A stretch of DNA of 64,000 nt from an uncultured delta proteobacterium (GTDB lineage Bacteria; Myxococcota_A; Polyangia; Fen-1088). Both the position numbers and the translations under genes were made by a program. The notes beneath the pieces are model-generated. The model was not told where the DNA came from and did not search any database. It saw only the letters and a list, made by a program, of their open reading frames with translations. This document shows, in pieces, positions 1 through 10,856 of this stretch. The number at the start of each line of letters is the position of its first letter. Position 1 is the first letter of the stretch. The DNA is taken from the NCBI GenBank assembly GCA_963767925.1, contig CAVYGB010000008.1, forward strand, positions 1,728,001-1,792,000, in the 5' to 3' direction.

Positions 1-1
1 C

Positions 2-1483
2 GTCGACGCGGTGGGGGCCTTGCGCCTGCCCGGGGCGGTCGAGAGCCTGACCGACCTGGCCCGGCGCCGGCCGGCCGACGCCCTCGCCCGCCAGGCGCAA
101 CGCTCTCTCGGGGAGATCGGCAGCGCGGAGGCGCTCGCCGTGCTGCTCGATCTGCTGCGGCGGCCGCCCGTGAGCCGCGAGACCGAAGACGGCCTGGCCC
201 GCTGGCCCGCGCTGGTGCCCCGCCTGCTGGAGGAGGTCGAGGAGGCGGGCGCCGGGGCGGCCAGCGCGGCGGCGGTGCTCGGTCGGGTACGCGAAGCCCG
301 CGCGGTTCCGGCGCTGGAGACCCTCGCCCGGCGAGGTGGACCGGCCACCGCGGCGGCGCTGCGCGCCCTTTCGGCGATCGCGCCGCGAGAGGCCATCGCC
401 GCCCTTGTGGAGGCGGCCGGGGATCGCTCGGCCACCGTGCGCCGGCTGGCCTTCGAGGCCCTCCTGTCCCTCGACGACGAGCGGGCCTCGGCGGTGCTCG
501 AGGGGGGGCTCGTCGACCGGGACGCCGACGTCCGGCTACTGGCGACCCGGCTGGCGGGTCGGCTGCGCGCCCGCGATCACGAGCGAGCCGTCTCCCGCCG
601 CCTGCTGGACGTCCAGCCCGAGATCCGCCGAGCGGCGGTCCGCAGCCTGGCCCGGCTGCAGGCACCGGGGACGGCGGGCCCGCTCGTGACGGCCCTGCCC
701 CTGCTGCGAGGCTCCGAGATGCTGGTGGGATCGGCGCTCGGCCTGGTGGCCGGCCCCGCCGACCTGGGTCCGCTCACCCGGGCGGCCCGGGCGCAGCGGG
801 GGGCCTCCCGCCTGGCCCTGCTCATGGGCGTGACCGCCGCGCTGGAACAGGCGCGGGATCAGCCCAGCCTCCAGGCGGCGGTGACTTTCCTGGCCGGGGA
901 GCTGAGCGGCGCCGGCGCGGCGGCCGAGCTGGCGGCGGAGGCCCTGGCCGCGGCGGCGCCGGGCGCGCTGGCTGACACCCGGTCGATCCAGGTGGCCATC
1001 CAGACCGGCGCCCCCTCGGTCCGATCCCGGCTCTGTGCGCTGGCCGCGGGCAGCGAGGCGGGCCGCCTGACCCTGGCGCGCTGGCTAGCCCATCCACGCG
1101 AGAGCCCGGAGGTGCAGGCCGCCGCCGCCTGGGCGCTGGCTGGCGTCCGCGAGCCGGTCGCCAGGAACACCCTCCGCTGGGCGGCGGCCTCCACCCATCC
1201 CGCCGTCGCGGCCAACGCCCGCGCGGCCCTCGCCCGGCCCCTGGGGAGCGGCCCTCGGGCCAGCGCCGCCATGCGGATCCGGCTGACCGACGACGCCGGC
1301 GCGCCCGAGGCGGGACGCTGGATCATCGCTCACCTGCCCGCCGGCCCGGTGTGGATCCGATCCGGGACCCTGGGTCAGGCCCGTCTGCCGGGCGCGGGGC
1401 CGGCGCCGGTACGCCTGCAACCCGCTGATTCCGAGCTGGTCTTGCGCCTGTCAGACGACGACCCACAAAGTGGTCGCCGCTAA
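2..1483 (+). CDS. HEAT/PBS-lyase-like repeat protein (5'-partial; frame open to window edge)
   Basis: Repeated helical units such as 'DRSATVRRLAFEAL', 'DRDADVRLLATRLAG', 'DVQPEIRRAAVRSL'; beta-rich C-terminal segment. Confidence 0.75.
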   Translation, partial: VDAVGALRLPGAVESLTDLARRRPADALARQAQRSLGEIGSAEALAVLLDLLRRPPVSRETEDGLARWPALVPRLLEEVEEAGAGAASAAAVLGRVREARAVPALETLARRGGPATAAALRALSAIAPREAIAALVEAAGDRSATVRRLAFEALLSLDDERASAVLEGGLVDRDADVRLLATRLAGRLRARDHERAVSRRLLDVQPEIRRAAVRSLARLQAPGTAGPLVTALPLLRGSEMLVGSALGLVAGPADLGPLTRAARAQRGASRLALLMGVTAALEQARDQPSLQAAVTFLAGELSGAGAAAELAAEALAAAAPGALADTRSIQVAIQTGAPSVRSRLCALAAGSEAGRLTLARWLAHPRESPEVQAAAAWALAGVREPVARNTLRWAAASTHPAVAANARAALARPLGSGPRASAAMRIRLTDDAGAPEAGRWIIAHLPAGPVWIRSGTLGQARLPGAGPAPVRLQPADSELVLRLSDDDPQSGRR

Positions 1484-1534
1484 ACTTCGGGGCCGACCTT
1501 CCGATCCAGCCATGACGACCTGGGAGGAACCCCA

Positions 1535-1936
1535 ATGAAACGTATTCTTTTCGTCGACGATCACCCCTCGGTACTGGCTGGTGTCTGCAACAGCCTCGGC
1601 AACAGAAGGGCAGAGTGGGAGCCGGTGCTGGCTCTCGATGCAGAGGACGCTCGCGAGCAGCTCGCGGGCCAGGAGTTCGATGCGATCGTGTGTGACATCC
1701 ACCTGCCCGGTGAAGACGGCGAGGAGCTCCTGCGCGAGATGGCCCAGAAATACCCGCAGATGCCGCGGATCGTGCTGACCCGCGACTGCTACTCGGAGCG
1801 GGCGCGCCGAGCGACCAGCCTCTGTCACAGCCTGCTCGAGAAGCCCTGCCCGGGGGACGTGCTGCAGAAGGCCCTGGCCCACCTGCTCGACGATCACCCC
1901 CCTACCCCACCCGCGTCTCCTCCGGGAGCGGGCTGA
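1535..1936 (+). CDS. Single-domain response regulator (CheY-like receiver)
   Basis: 'RILFVDD', phospho-acceptor Asp in 'IVCDIHLP', 'IVLT', 'EKP'; GGAGG SD upstream; 3' end overlaps convergent nnr. Confidence 0.85.
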   Translation: MKRILFVDDHPSVLAGVCNSLGNRRAEWEPVLALDAEDAREQLAGQEFDAIVCDIHLPGEDGEELLREMAQKYPQMPRIVLTRDCYSERARRATSLCHSLLEKPCPGDVLQKALAHLLDDHPPTPPASPPGAG

Positions 1937-3485
1937 GCCGCGCCAGCACCCGCGCCACCGCCTCGGGCAGGTCGCCCGCGACGAGATGGCGCAGGCCCAG
2001 GGCGGCCCGGGCCTCTGCGGCGCTCTCGCCGTGAACGAAAACGCCCAGCAGGGCCGCCTCCGCTGCTGGTAACCGCTGGGCCAGGAGCGCCGCGATGACG
2101 CCGGTCAAGACGTCGCCGCTCCCGGCCGTCCCAAGGGAAGGGTCGGCGGCCGGATTCAGCCAGGCGCGCCCATCCGCCAGGGCGATCACCGAGCGGGCCC
2201 CCTTTAGCACCACCACCGCCCCGGTCGCCGCCGCCAGCCGGCGGGCCACCCCCAGGCGGTCGCTCTGGACGGCCTCTGTGCTCGTGCCGAGCAGCCGGGC
2301 CATCTCACCCGGGTGGGGGGTCAAAACGCGGGCCGCGGGCGCGCGCGCGAGCCAGGCGGGCGCCTCGCTGGCGAGGTGGTTGAGGCCGTCGGCGTCGATC
2401 ACCAGCGGCAGGGGCAGCTCGGCGGCCATCCGGCGCACCAGCGCCTGGGTGCCCGGGCCCGTGGGAATGCCCGGGCCGAGGGCCACCGCCTGCATGCGCC
2501 GCCCCAGCTCGAGGATCTGCCCGAAGCTCTGGTCGTCAGCGTCGGGGCCGCCCGTGTAGCAGGCGGTCATGACCTCCAGCACCTTGGCGTCGAGCGCGGT
2601 CTGCCCCTCCCGGGTCGAGGCGATGGTCGCCATGCCCGCGCCCGCGCGCAGGGCGGCCCGCGCCGCCAGGGCCGCCGCGCCCGTCTTGCCGGCCGATCCC
2701 GCGACGATCAGGGCATGCCCCCGGGTCCCCTTGTGCCCCGCGGAGCCGGGGCGGGGCGCCAGCGCCGCGACCTCCGCCTCCTCCAGGTACCGGCACAGGG
2801 GACCCTCCGCCTGCGCCGCCGCAGCCAGGCCTTCCACCGAGACGCCGAGGTCGACCACCGCGAGCCGGCCGACCGCCGCCTCGGCGTCGAGCACGAGCCC
2901 CAGCTTGAGCGCGCCCATGGTGGCGCTGAGGTCGGCCTTGACCGCCACCCCCCGAACCCGGCCGCTGTCGGCGTCCAGGCCGGACGGGACATCGACGGCC
3001 ACCCGGTACGCGCGGGCGCCATTCATCGCCGCGATGGCCGCCGCCGGCGCGCCCTGCACCTCGGAGCGCAGGCCGGTGCCGAAGATGGCATCGACGATCA
3101 GCTCCGTCCCCGCCAGGCGTCGGCACCAGCTCGCCGGATCTTCGTCGCCGGCGTGATCTTCGATTGCGATCCCCAGCCGTTCGGCGACCGTCAAGAAGAC
3201 CCGGGCATCCCCGGATACCCGGGCCCGGGGGGCGACGAGGTGAACCCTGACGTCGGCACCCCCGCCGGCGAGGTGGCGGGCGATGACGAAGCCGTCTCCA
3301 CCGTTCTGACCGGCCCCGCACACGACCGCGATCTTGCCGGCCAGGAGATCCGGGCGCGCCTGGCGGATCGCCGCCACCGTCCCCCGACCGGCGTTCTCCA
3401 TCAGCACCAGCCCGGGCAGGCCGAGCCCCTCTATGGCGGCACGGTCGACCGCCCGCATCTGTGCCGCCGTGAGCGCCATCGCCAT
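1902..3485 (-). CDS. nnr: Bifunctional NAD(P)HX epimerase/dehydratase (YjeF)
   Basis: 'LMENAG', 'GQNGGDG', 'VDAIFGTG', 'VDVPSG', 'HKGTRG', 'DADGLN', 'LTPHPGE', 'TAGSGDVL'. Confidence 0.95.
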   Translation of the reverse strand: MAMALTAAQMRAVDRAAIEGLGLPGLVLMENAGRGTVAAIRQARPDLLAGKIAVVCGAGQNGGDGFVIARHLAGGGADVRVHLVAPRARVSGDARVFLTVAERLGIAIEDHAGDEDPASWCRRLAGTELIVDAIFGTGLRSEVQGAPAAAIAAMNGARAYRVAVDVPSGLDADSGRVRGVAVKADLSATMGALKLGLVLDAEAAVGRLAVVDLGVSVEGLAAAAQAEGPLCRYLEEAEVAALAPRPGSAGHKGTRGHALIVAGSAGKTGAAALAARAALRAGAGMATIASTREGQTALDAKVLEVMTACYTGGPDADDQSFGQILELGRRMQAVALGPGIPTGPGTQALVRRMAAELPLPLVIDADGLNHLASEAPAWLARAPAARVLTPHPGEMARLLGTSTEAVQSDRLGVARRLAAATGAVVVLKGARSVIALADGRAWLNPAADPSLGTAGSGDVLTGVIAALLAQRLPAAEAALLGVFVHGESAAEARAALGLRHLVAGDLPEAVARVLARLSPLPEETRVG

Positions 3486-3537
3486 GGCCCATTCCTACAG
3501 CGACCCCGCAGCGAGGTCACGCAGGAAGGGCGACGGG

Positions 3538-4911
3538 TCAGGCGCGGGCGCCGAGGGCGCGCTTGAGGACGTCCGCGATCGACTCGGCGTGGCCCCGGAT
3601 CACGCGCTCGTCCTGACCTTCGATCATCACGCGGGCCTTCTTCTCGGTTCCCGAGTAGCGGACCAGGACCCGCCCGTCGCTGCCCAGCGACTTCTCGACC
3701 GAGGCGATGGCGGCGCAGACCGTCGGGAGCTCCTCGATGGGGCGCTTCTCGGCCACCTCGAAGTTGAGCAGCACCTGCGGGTAGCGGATCATCGTGCCCG
3801 CGAGATCGGCGAGGGCCGCGCCCTCCTCGACCATGATGGCGAGCACGCGCAGGGCCGCCAGCACCCCGTCGCCGGTGGTCGACTGGTCGAGAAACACGAG
3901 GTGGCCCGACTGCTCGCCGCCCAGCAGGTAACCGTGCTCCCGCATGGCCTCGACGACGTAGCGGTCGCCCACGGCGGTGCGCAGCAGGCGCCCGCCCTTT
4001 CCGGTCAGGACGCGCTCCAGGCCGAGGTTCGACATGACGGTGGCCACCACCGTCCCGCCGGGCAGGGCCCCGCGATCGAGCAGGCGGGTGCCCAGGATGG
4101 CCATCACCTGATCGCCGTCGACCGAGCGCCCCGAAGAGTCGCACAGGATCAACCGATCGGCGTCGCCGTCGAGGGCGACCCCCAGCGCGGCGCCGCTGCG
4201 CCGCACCTCCTCGCCCATCCGCTCGGGGTGGAGCGCGCCGCAACGGTCGTTGATGTTGCGACCGTCGGGGCTGATCCCCAGCGCCACCACCTCGGCCCCC
4301 AGCTCGGTGAAGACCTGCGGCGCCACGGCATAGGCCGCCCCATGGGCACAGTCCACGACGACCTTGATGCCGTCGAGGGTCCGGTGCCGGGGGAAGGCCC
4401 CCTTGAGGAACTGCACGTAGCGCCCGCCGGCATCTTCGATGCGGGTGGCCTTGCCAATCTCACCGGCCGCGCTCGGCGGCCCGTCTTCCTCCATGAGGCC
4501 TTCGATCTCGGCCTCGACCTCGTCGGGCAGCTTGAAGCCGTCGGCGGCGAAGATCTTGATCCCGTTGTCCTGATAGGGATTGTGCGAAGCGCTGATCACC
4601 ACGCCGGCATCCGCCCGCATCGAGGACGTGATGAAGGCGATGCCGGGCGTGGGCAGCGGCCCCACCAGCATGACGTCGGCGCCGGCCGACACGATGCCGG
4701 CCTCGAGCGCGCTCTCCAGCATGTAGCCGGACAGCCGGGTATCCTTGCCGATGACGATCCGCCCTCGCCGCCCGGCCCCCGTGAAACGCCGAGCCACCGC
4801 CCGGCCCAGGCGCAGCGCCACCTCGGCGGTCATCGGGGGCTGGTTGGCCACCCCCCGGATCCCGTCCGTTCCGAACAGCTTTCGAGTTCCCCCCCGCACG
4901 CCCATCGCCAT
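3538..4911 (-). CDS. glmM: Phosphoglucosamine mutase
   Basis: 'LFGTDGIRG', '[14 protein letters not shown]', 'DGDADR', 'GGEQSGH', 'RYSGTE'. Confidence 0.97.
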   Translation of the reverse strand: MAMGVRGGTRKLFGTDGIRGVANQPPMTAEVALRLGRAVARRFTGAGRRGRIVIGKDTRLSGYMLESALEAGIVSAGADVMLVGPLPTPGIAFITSSMRADAGVVISASHNPYQDNGIKIFAADGFKLPDEVEAEIEGLMEEDGPPSAAGEIGKATRIEDAGGRYVQFLKGAFPRHRTLDGIKVVVDCAHGAAYAVAPQVFTELGAEVVALGISPDGRNINDRCGALHPERMGEEVRRSGAALGVALDGDADRLILCDSSGRSVDGDQVMAILGTRLLDRGALPGGTVVATVMSNLGLERVLTGKGGRLLRTAVGDRYVVEAMREHGYLLGGEQSGHLVFLDQSTTGDGVLAALRVLAIMVEEGAALADLAGTMIRYPQVLLNFEVAEKRPIEELPTVCAAIASVEKSLGSDGRVLVRYSGTEKKARVMIEGQDERVIRGHAESIADVLKRALGARA

Positions 4912-4928
4912 CCCTCGACCTCCGGTGC

Positions 4929-6866
<1,938 letters not shown>

Positions 6867-7029
6867 TCTTTCTCCTTTTCTTCTTCCAGATGACCCGTCA
6901 AGGGACGGAGCTTCGGAAAAGTATTGTCGTCAGATTACCAATCGTCAACGCGCGTTGGCGCTGGAGTCCCTTTTCCGCACGAAAGGTGCTCTTGACTCTG
7001 ACTCGCGATTTTTCGCCTCCTGGCGGACC

Positions 7030-8331
7030 TCAACCGTAGCCCGTTTCCACCTTCACCTCGAGCCACCGGGTCCCGTCCGGGCGAGGCCGCCCCTCCTCCG
7101 ATGGCCGCAGCCCCGGTACGTACAGGATGGGACCGGTTCCGCCGGCTGCCACAAGCGCGGGCAGCCCCCTGCGTTGCGCCCGCGGGATCTTGGCGTCGAC
7201 CAGCAGGTCCTGCAACTTCCGGCTTCCCCGCCCGCCGCGGGGCCGCATGCGGTCCCCGGGCTGGAGCTCCCTCAGGACGAGCCCCTGCCCCAGCAGGTCC
7301 GGGTCGAAGGTGGCCCCGGCCGGCGCTGCGCCCTCGGCCCGCTCGGCCAGCCGGAGGGCTACCCGGACGGGTTTCCCGGCGCCCCCGGCCGTCGTCCAGA
7401 CGTAAGAGCCGGGCCCGCGCACGGCGATGAGCCCGGGGGCGAGGTCCGGTTCGTGCGCGAGCGCCGCGGGGCGCGCGTGGAAGTGAACCTCGCCATACCG
7501 GATCTCCGCCACAGCGCCCTGGATCGACACCCAGCGGGTGCCGCCGGGCCGGGCGGCCAGCCGGGCGATCACCTCCCGGGCACCCCGGCTGACCCGGGGA
7601 TCGGTCGCCCAGGCCGGCGCCAGGTCGGCGCGGCTCTCCCGGCTCCGGCTCGTCTCCTGCGCGCGAACCTGCCGGGCCAGCCCGAGGAGCGCCTCGACGA
7701 TGCGTGGGTTCTCTTCGGCCAGGTACGGCAGCCAGCGGTGCCGGACCCGGCTGCGGGCGAAGCGGGGGTCGGCGTTGGAGGGATCTTCGAGGAAGCTCAG
7801 GCGCCGCCGGCGGAGGAAGGCCAGCACCTCGCGGCGTCGCACATCGAGCAGCGGGCGTACGAACGGCCCGCGCCGGTAGGGAATCCCGGAGAGGCCGCGG
7901 GGGCCGGTCCCCCGCACGATCCGGAAGAGGATGGTCTCGGCCTGATCGTCGGCCGAGTGGCCGAGCGCGATCCGCGCGCAGCCGCGCCGCAGCGCAACCT
8001 GCTCGAGCGCGGCCAGCCGCAACCGGCGGGCGGCGGTCTGGATGGATTCGCCGGGACGGCGGCTGGCCGGGAGGTCGATCTCGATGGTCTGACAGGCGAC
8101 GCCGAGGGCCGCGCAGACGGCGGCCACGTCCCCGGCCTCGACCCGCGAAGCGGGCCGCAGGCCGTGATCGACCGTGGCCGCCTCGAGGGTCACTTGCAGC
8201 CGCGCCTGCAGGTGCAACAGCACGTGGAGCAAGGCGGTCGAGTCAGGTCCGCCCGAGATCGCGACGAGCACCCGGTCTCCGGGCTCGAGGAGCTGCTCGC
8301 GTGAGATGGTGGCGTGCACACGGGACAACAT
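7030..8331 (-). CDS. tilS: tRNA(Ile)-lysidine synthetase (3' part of long ORF 7030..9918; start ATG at 8331)
   Basis: PP-loop 'SGGPDS', 'VDHGLR', 'LGHSADDQAET', 'RPLL', 'EDPSN', 'RKLQDLLVDAKIP'; lies upstream of ftsH. Confidence 0.95.
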   Translation of the reverse strand: MLSRVHATISREQLLEPGDRVLVAISGGPDSTALLHVLLHLQARLQVTLEAATVDHGLRPASRVEAGDVAAVCAALGVACQTIEIDLPASRRPGESIQTAARRLRLAALEQVALRRGCARIALGHSADDQAETILFRIVRGTGPRGLSGIPYRRGPFVRPLLDVRRREVLAFLRRRRLSFLEDPSNADPRFARSRVRHRWLPYLAEENPRIVEALLGLARQVRAQETSRSRESRADLAPAWATDPRVSRGAREVIARLAARPGGTRWVSIQGAVAEIRYGEVHFHARPAALAHEPDLAPGLIAVRGPGSYVWTTAGGAGKPVRVALRLAERAEGAAPAGATFDPDLLGQGLVLRELQPGDRMRPRGGRGSRKLQDLLVDAKIPRAQRRGLPALVAAGGTGPILYVPGLRPSEEGRPRPDGTRWLEVKVETGYG

Positions 8332-8397
8332 GACGACGGAGCATTGCCCCGACCGCGATTGCTGGCCCGGGACGACGCCTTCCCCCATAGTCTTTCC

Positions 8398-10116
8398 GTG
8401 AAAACGACCGGCCGCCAAGGGGGCTCGAGCAAAGAACGCGGAAAACCTGCACCGCAAGACGTGGTCGAGCTCTCCCGCTTCCGGGCCGGACTGGGTCGGG
8501 GCCGGCGGCAGCGCCGGGCCGACCTCCTGTTCGCCACGCCCGATCCCCGGGCGGCCATCCAGGCCCTGCCCGGTGACGAGTTTTACTACCTGATCAACGA
8601 GATCGGGTTCCCCGAGGGGGTCGAGATCCTGGTTCATGGAACCTCCGAGCAGGTGCAGGCCGCGCTCGACTTCGCCCTGTGGAATCGAGATCGGCTCGAG
8701 CCAGAGGCGGTGGAGGAGTGGCTCGCCGCCATCGTCGACGCCCCCTCGGAGGCGGTGGCCGCCTGGGCCAAGGGCATCGACGTCGAGCTCCTGGCCCTGC
8801 TCCTGCGCCAGCGGGCACGGGTCTACGATCTGACGCTCGAGGAGCCGCCCGACGAGCCGGAGGGCGCCTTCTACAACACGCCCGACAGCTTCTTCACCCT
8901 CGATCTGCTGGGCAATGAGGACTCTCGCTACGTCACCTACCGCCTCCTCGATGCCCTTTACAGCCAGGACTACATCTACAGCCGGAAGATCCTGGTCGGC
9001 ACGCGCGGCGAGCTGGACGTCGAGCTCGAGGAGCAGGCCTACCGCTGGCGCTCGGGGCGCATGGCCGACCTCGGTTTCACCGAATATTACGAGGCCCTCG
9101 AGGTCTACCGGGAGATCGATCCGGCCAGCGTGCGGGTCGGCGGCGCCCGGGCCCCCCGGGTGCGGCCCCTGGTGGACGAGGGCGAGGGGCCCTCGCTGCG
9201 CATCCCCAGCGCGCTCGTGGACAAGCTCGCCTCGGGGTCTCCGTTCGCCCGCGCGATCTCCGGCGTCACCTCTCCCGAGGAGCTGGCCAACCTCAACGCC
9301 TCCCTCGTCGCCCTGTCCAACCGGGTGCTGGCCGCGGACCGGGTGACCCCGGGGGACGACCAGGAAGTGGCGGCCGTGCTCGAACGGATGGCGGCGACGC
9401 TCGACCTGGCGGTCGAGTTCGTGAGCCACGGACGGTCCGACGAGGCCGTGCTGGCCGTGCAGACCGTGCCTCTGTCCCGGCTGTTCCAGCTCGGCGTCAG
9501 CCTGATCGGCAAGGTCCGCCGGCTCGCCGTGACCCTCACCCGCAAGACCCCCTTTTCCCACCTGGCGCCCGATCTGAACCTGTTCCCGGCCACCGAAGCC
9601 GAGGTGCTGGCCGCCTGCCTCCACCCGCGCGCGATGTTTCCCCGAGTGCTCGACACCCCGCCCGCTCCCGGCGAGCGTCCCTTCGGATCGCTCCTCGACC
9701 TGCGCATGGCCACCGCCGCCCTCGAGAGGATCGCGGCGGCGCTGACCTGGCTGCTCGGCTTCGGCGTCCGACCCGAAGACCTGTCGCCCGAGCGGACCGA
9801 CGCCCTGGGCGTGCCGGATCGCGCGGCCCTCGACGCCGGACTGCTGGCGCGGACCCTGCTGGCCCGCGAGCTCCTTGGCGAGCCCCGGCGCGAGCTCACC
9901 CCCCTCGATCCCGGGCAAGTGGCGCGGCTGGAGAGCCGCCTGTCCCAGATCACAGCGTCACCCGAGCTGGCGGCCTCGGAGCGATCCCGCCTCCTCGAGG
10001 CCGGCGCGGCGACCTGGCCCAAACCGCCCCCGCCGTCCGCCGCCCTCGAGGTGCTGGCAACCTGGATAGATGGCCTCTTCGACGAAAGGGCGCTCTCGGT
10101 CCTCGTGCGTCAGTGA
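8398..10116 (+). CDS. Conserved hypothetical protein, DUF6178-like (start uncertain, 8314-8461)
   Basis: Good coding character; motif 'ELEEQAYRWRSGRMADLGF..YYEALEVY' recalled as DUF6178-type; divergent from tilS. Confidence 0.7.
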   Translation: MKTTGRQGGSSKERGKPAPQDVVELSRFRAGLGRGRRQRRADLLFATPDPRAAIQALPGDEFYYLINEIGFPEGVEILVHGTSEQVQAALDFALWNRDRLEPEAVEEWLAAIVDAPSEAVAAWAKGIDVELLALLLRQRARVYDLTLEEPPDEPEGAFYNTPDSFFTLDLLGNEDSRYVTYRLLDALYSQDYIYSRKILVGTRGELDVELEEQAYRWRSGRMADLGFTEYYEALEVYREIDPASVRVGGARAPRVRPLVDEGEGPSLRIPSALVDKLASGSPFARAISGVTSPEELANLNASLVALSNRVLAADRVTPGDDQEVAAVLERMAATLDLAVEFVSHGRSDEAVLAVQTVPLSRLFQLGVSLIGKVRRLAVTLTRKTPFSHLAPDLNLFPATEAEVLAACLHPRAMFPRVLDTPPAPGERPFGSLLDLRMATAALERIAAALTWLLGFGVRPEDLSPERTDALGVPDRAALDAGLLARTLLARELLGEPRRELTPLDPGQVARLESRLSQITASPELAASERSRLLEAGAATWPKPPPPSAALEVLATWIDGLFDERALSVLVRQ

Positions 10117-10228
10117 CGAGGCGCGCGTCGGAATCCGGAAACCGGCCGGAACTGACGCGACGCGCATTTGACAATCCCCCTGGCCAGCGCAAAACATCCC
10201 TCGTTCCCTTATTTTCGGAGCTTAAGTC

Positions 10229-10849
10229 TTGCGCTGCATTCGGTCTTCGCTCGGCCTCCTGGCCCTGTTGTTCGTCGCCGCTGCCCAGTCGGGGCTCCCG
10301 GCCCGGACGGCCCATGCGCAGCCAGTCACGCCCGAGGAGAGCGCCCGGGCGCATCACGAACAGGGTCGGCTGCAATTTTCCCTGGGACGGTTCGAGACCG
10401 CGATCTCGGAGTTCCGGAAGGCTTACGAGCTGCGCGCCGACCCCTCGTTTCTTTTCGACATCGCCGAGGCGTACCGCTCGCTCGGGGCGCCCGAACGGGC
10501 GGTGTTCTTCTACCGCCGCTACCTGACCACCCACCCCAACCCGCCCAACCGGCCGGAGGTGGAAGCCCAGATCGCGATGATCGAGCCGACCATCCCCCCG
10601 GAGGGGTCGATCGGTCCCACCTCGCTCCGCCTGTCGCCCGCCGCTCCCCCCGAGGTTCTTGCGGCGCCCCTGCTGGCCCGCGAGCGGGTTGTGACGGCCG
10701 ACGAACGGGGCGTGATCGGCAAGTGGTGGTTCTGGACGGCGGTGGGCACGCTGGCGGCTGTGGGGGCCACGGTGGCGATCTTCGCTTTCGGCGAGGGGAG
10801 CCAGGAGCGGGTGCCGAGCTCCGACCTTGGTCACGCCAGGCTTTTCTGA
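10229..10849 (+). CDS. Secreted TPR protein with C-terminal 'KWWFWTAVG' membrane segment
   Basis: Signal peptide; TPRs 'ARAHHEQGRLQFSLGRFETAISEFRKAYEL' and 'LFDIAEAYRSLG..AVFFYRRYL'; Pro linker. Confidence 0.8.
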   Translation: MRCIRSSLGLLALLFVAAAQSGLPARTAHAQPVTPEESARAHHEQGRLQFSLGRFETAISEFRKAYELRADPSFLFDIAEAYRSLGAPERAVFFYRRYLTTHPNPPNRPEVEAQIAMIEPTIPPEGSIGPTSLRLSPAAPPEVLAAPLLARERVVTADERGVIGKWWFWTAVGTLAAVGATVAIFAFGEGSQERVPSSDLGHARLF

Positions 10850-10856
10850 CGGGCGC

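Noticed and set aside
8332..9918. Apparent 530-aa N-terminal extension of TilS
   Set aside because: Antisense shadow of the DUF6178-like gene; TilS homology begins at ATG 8331.
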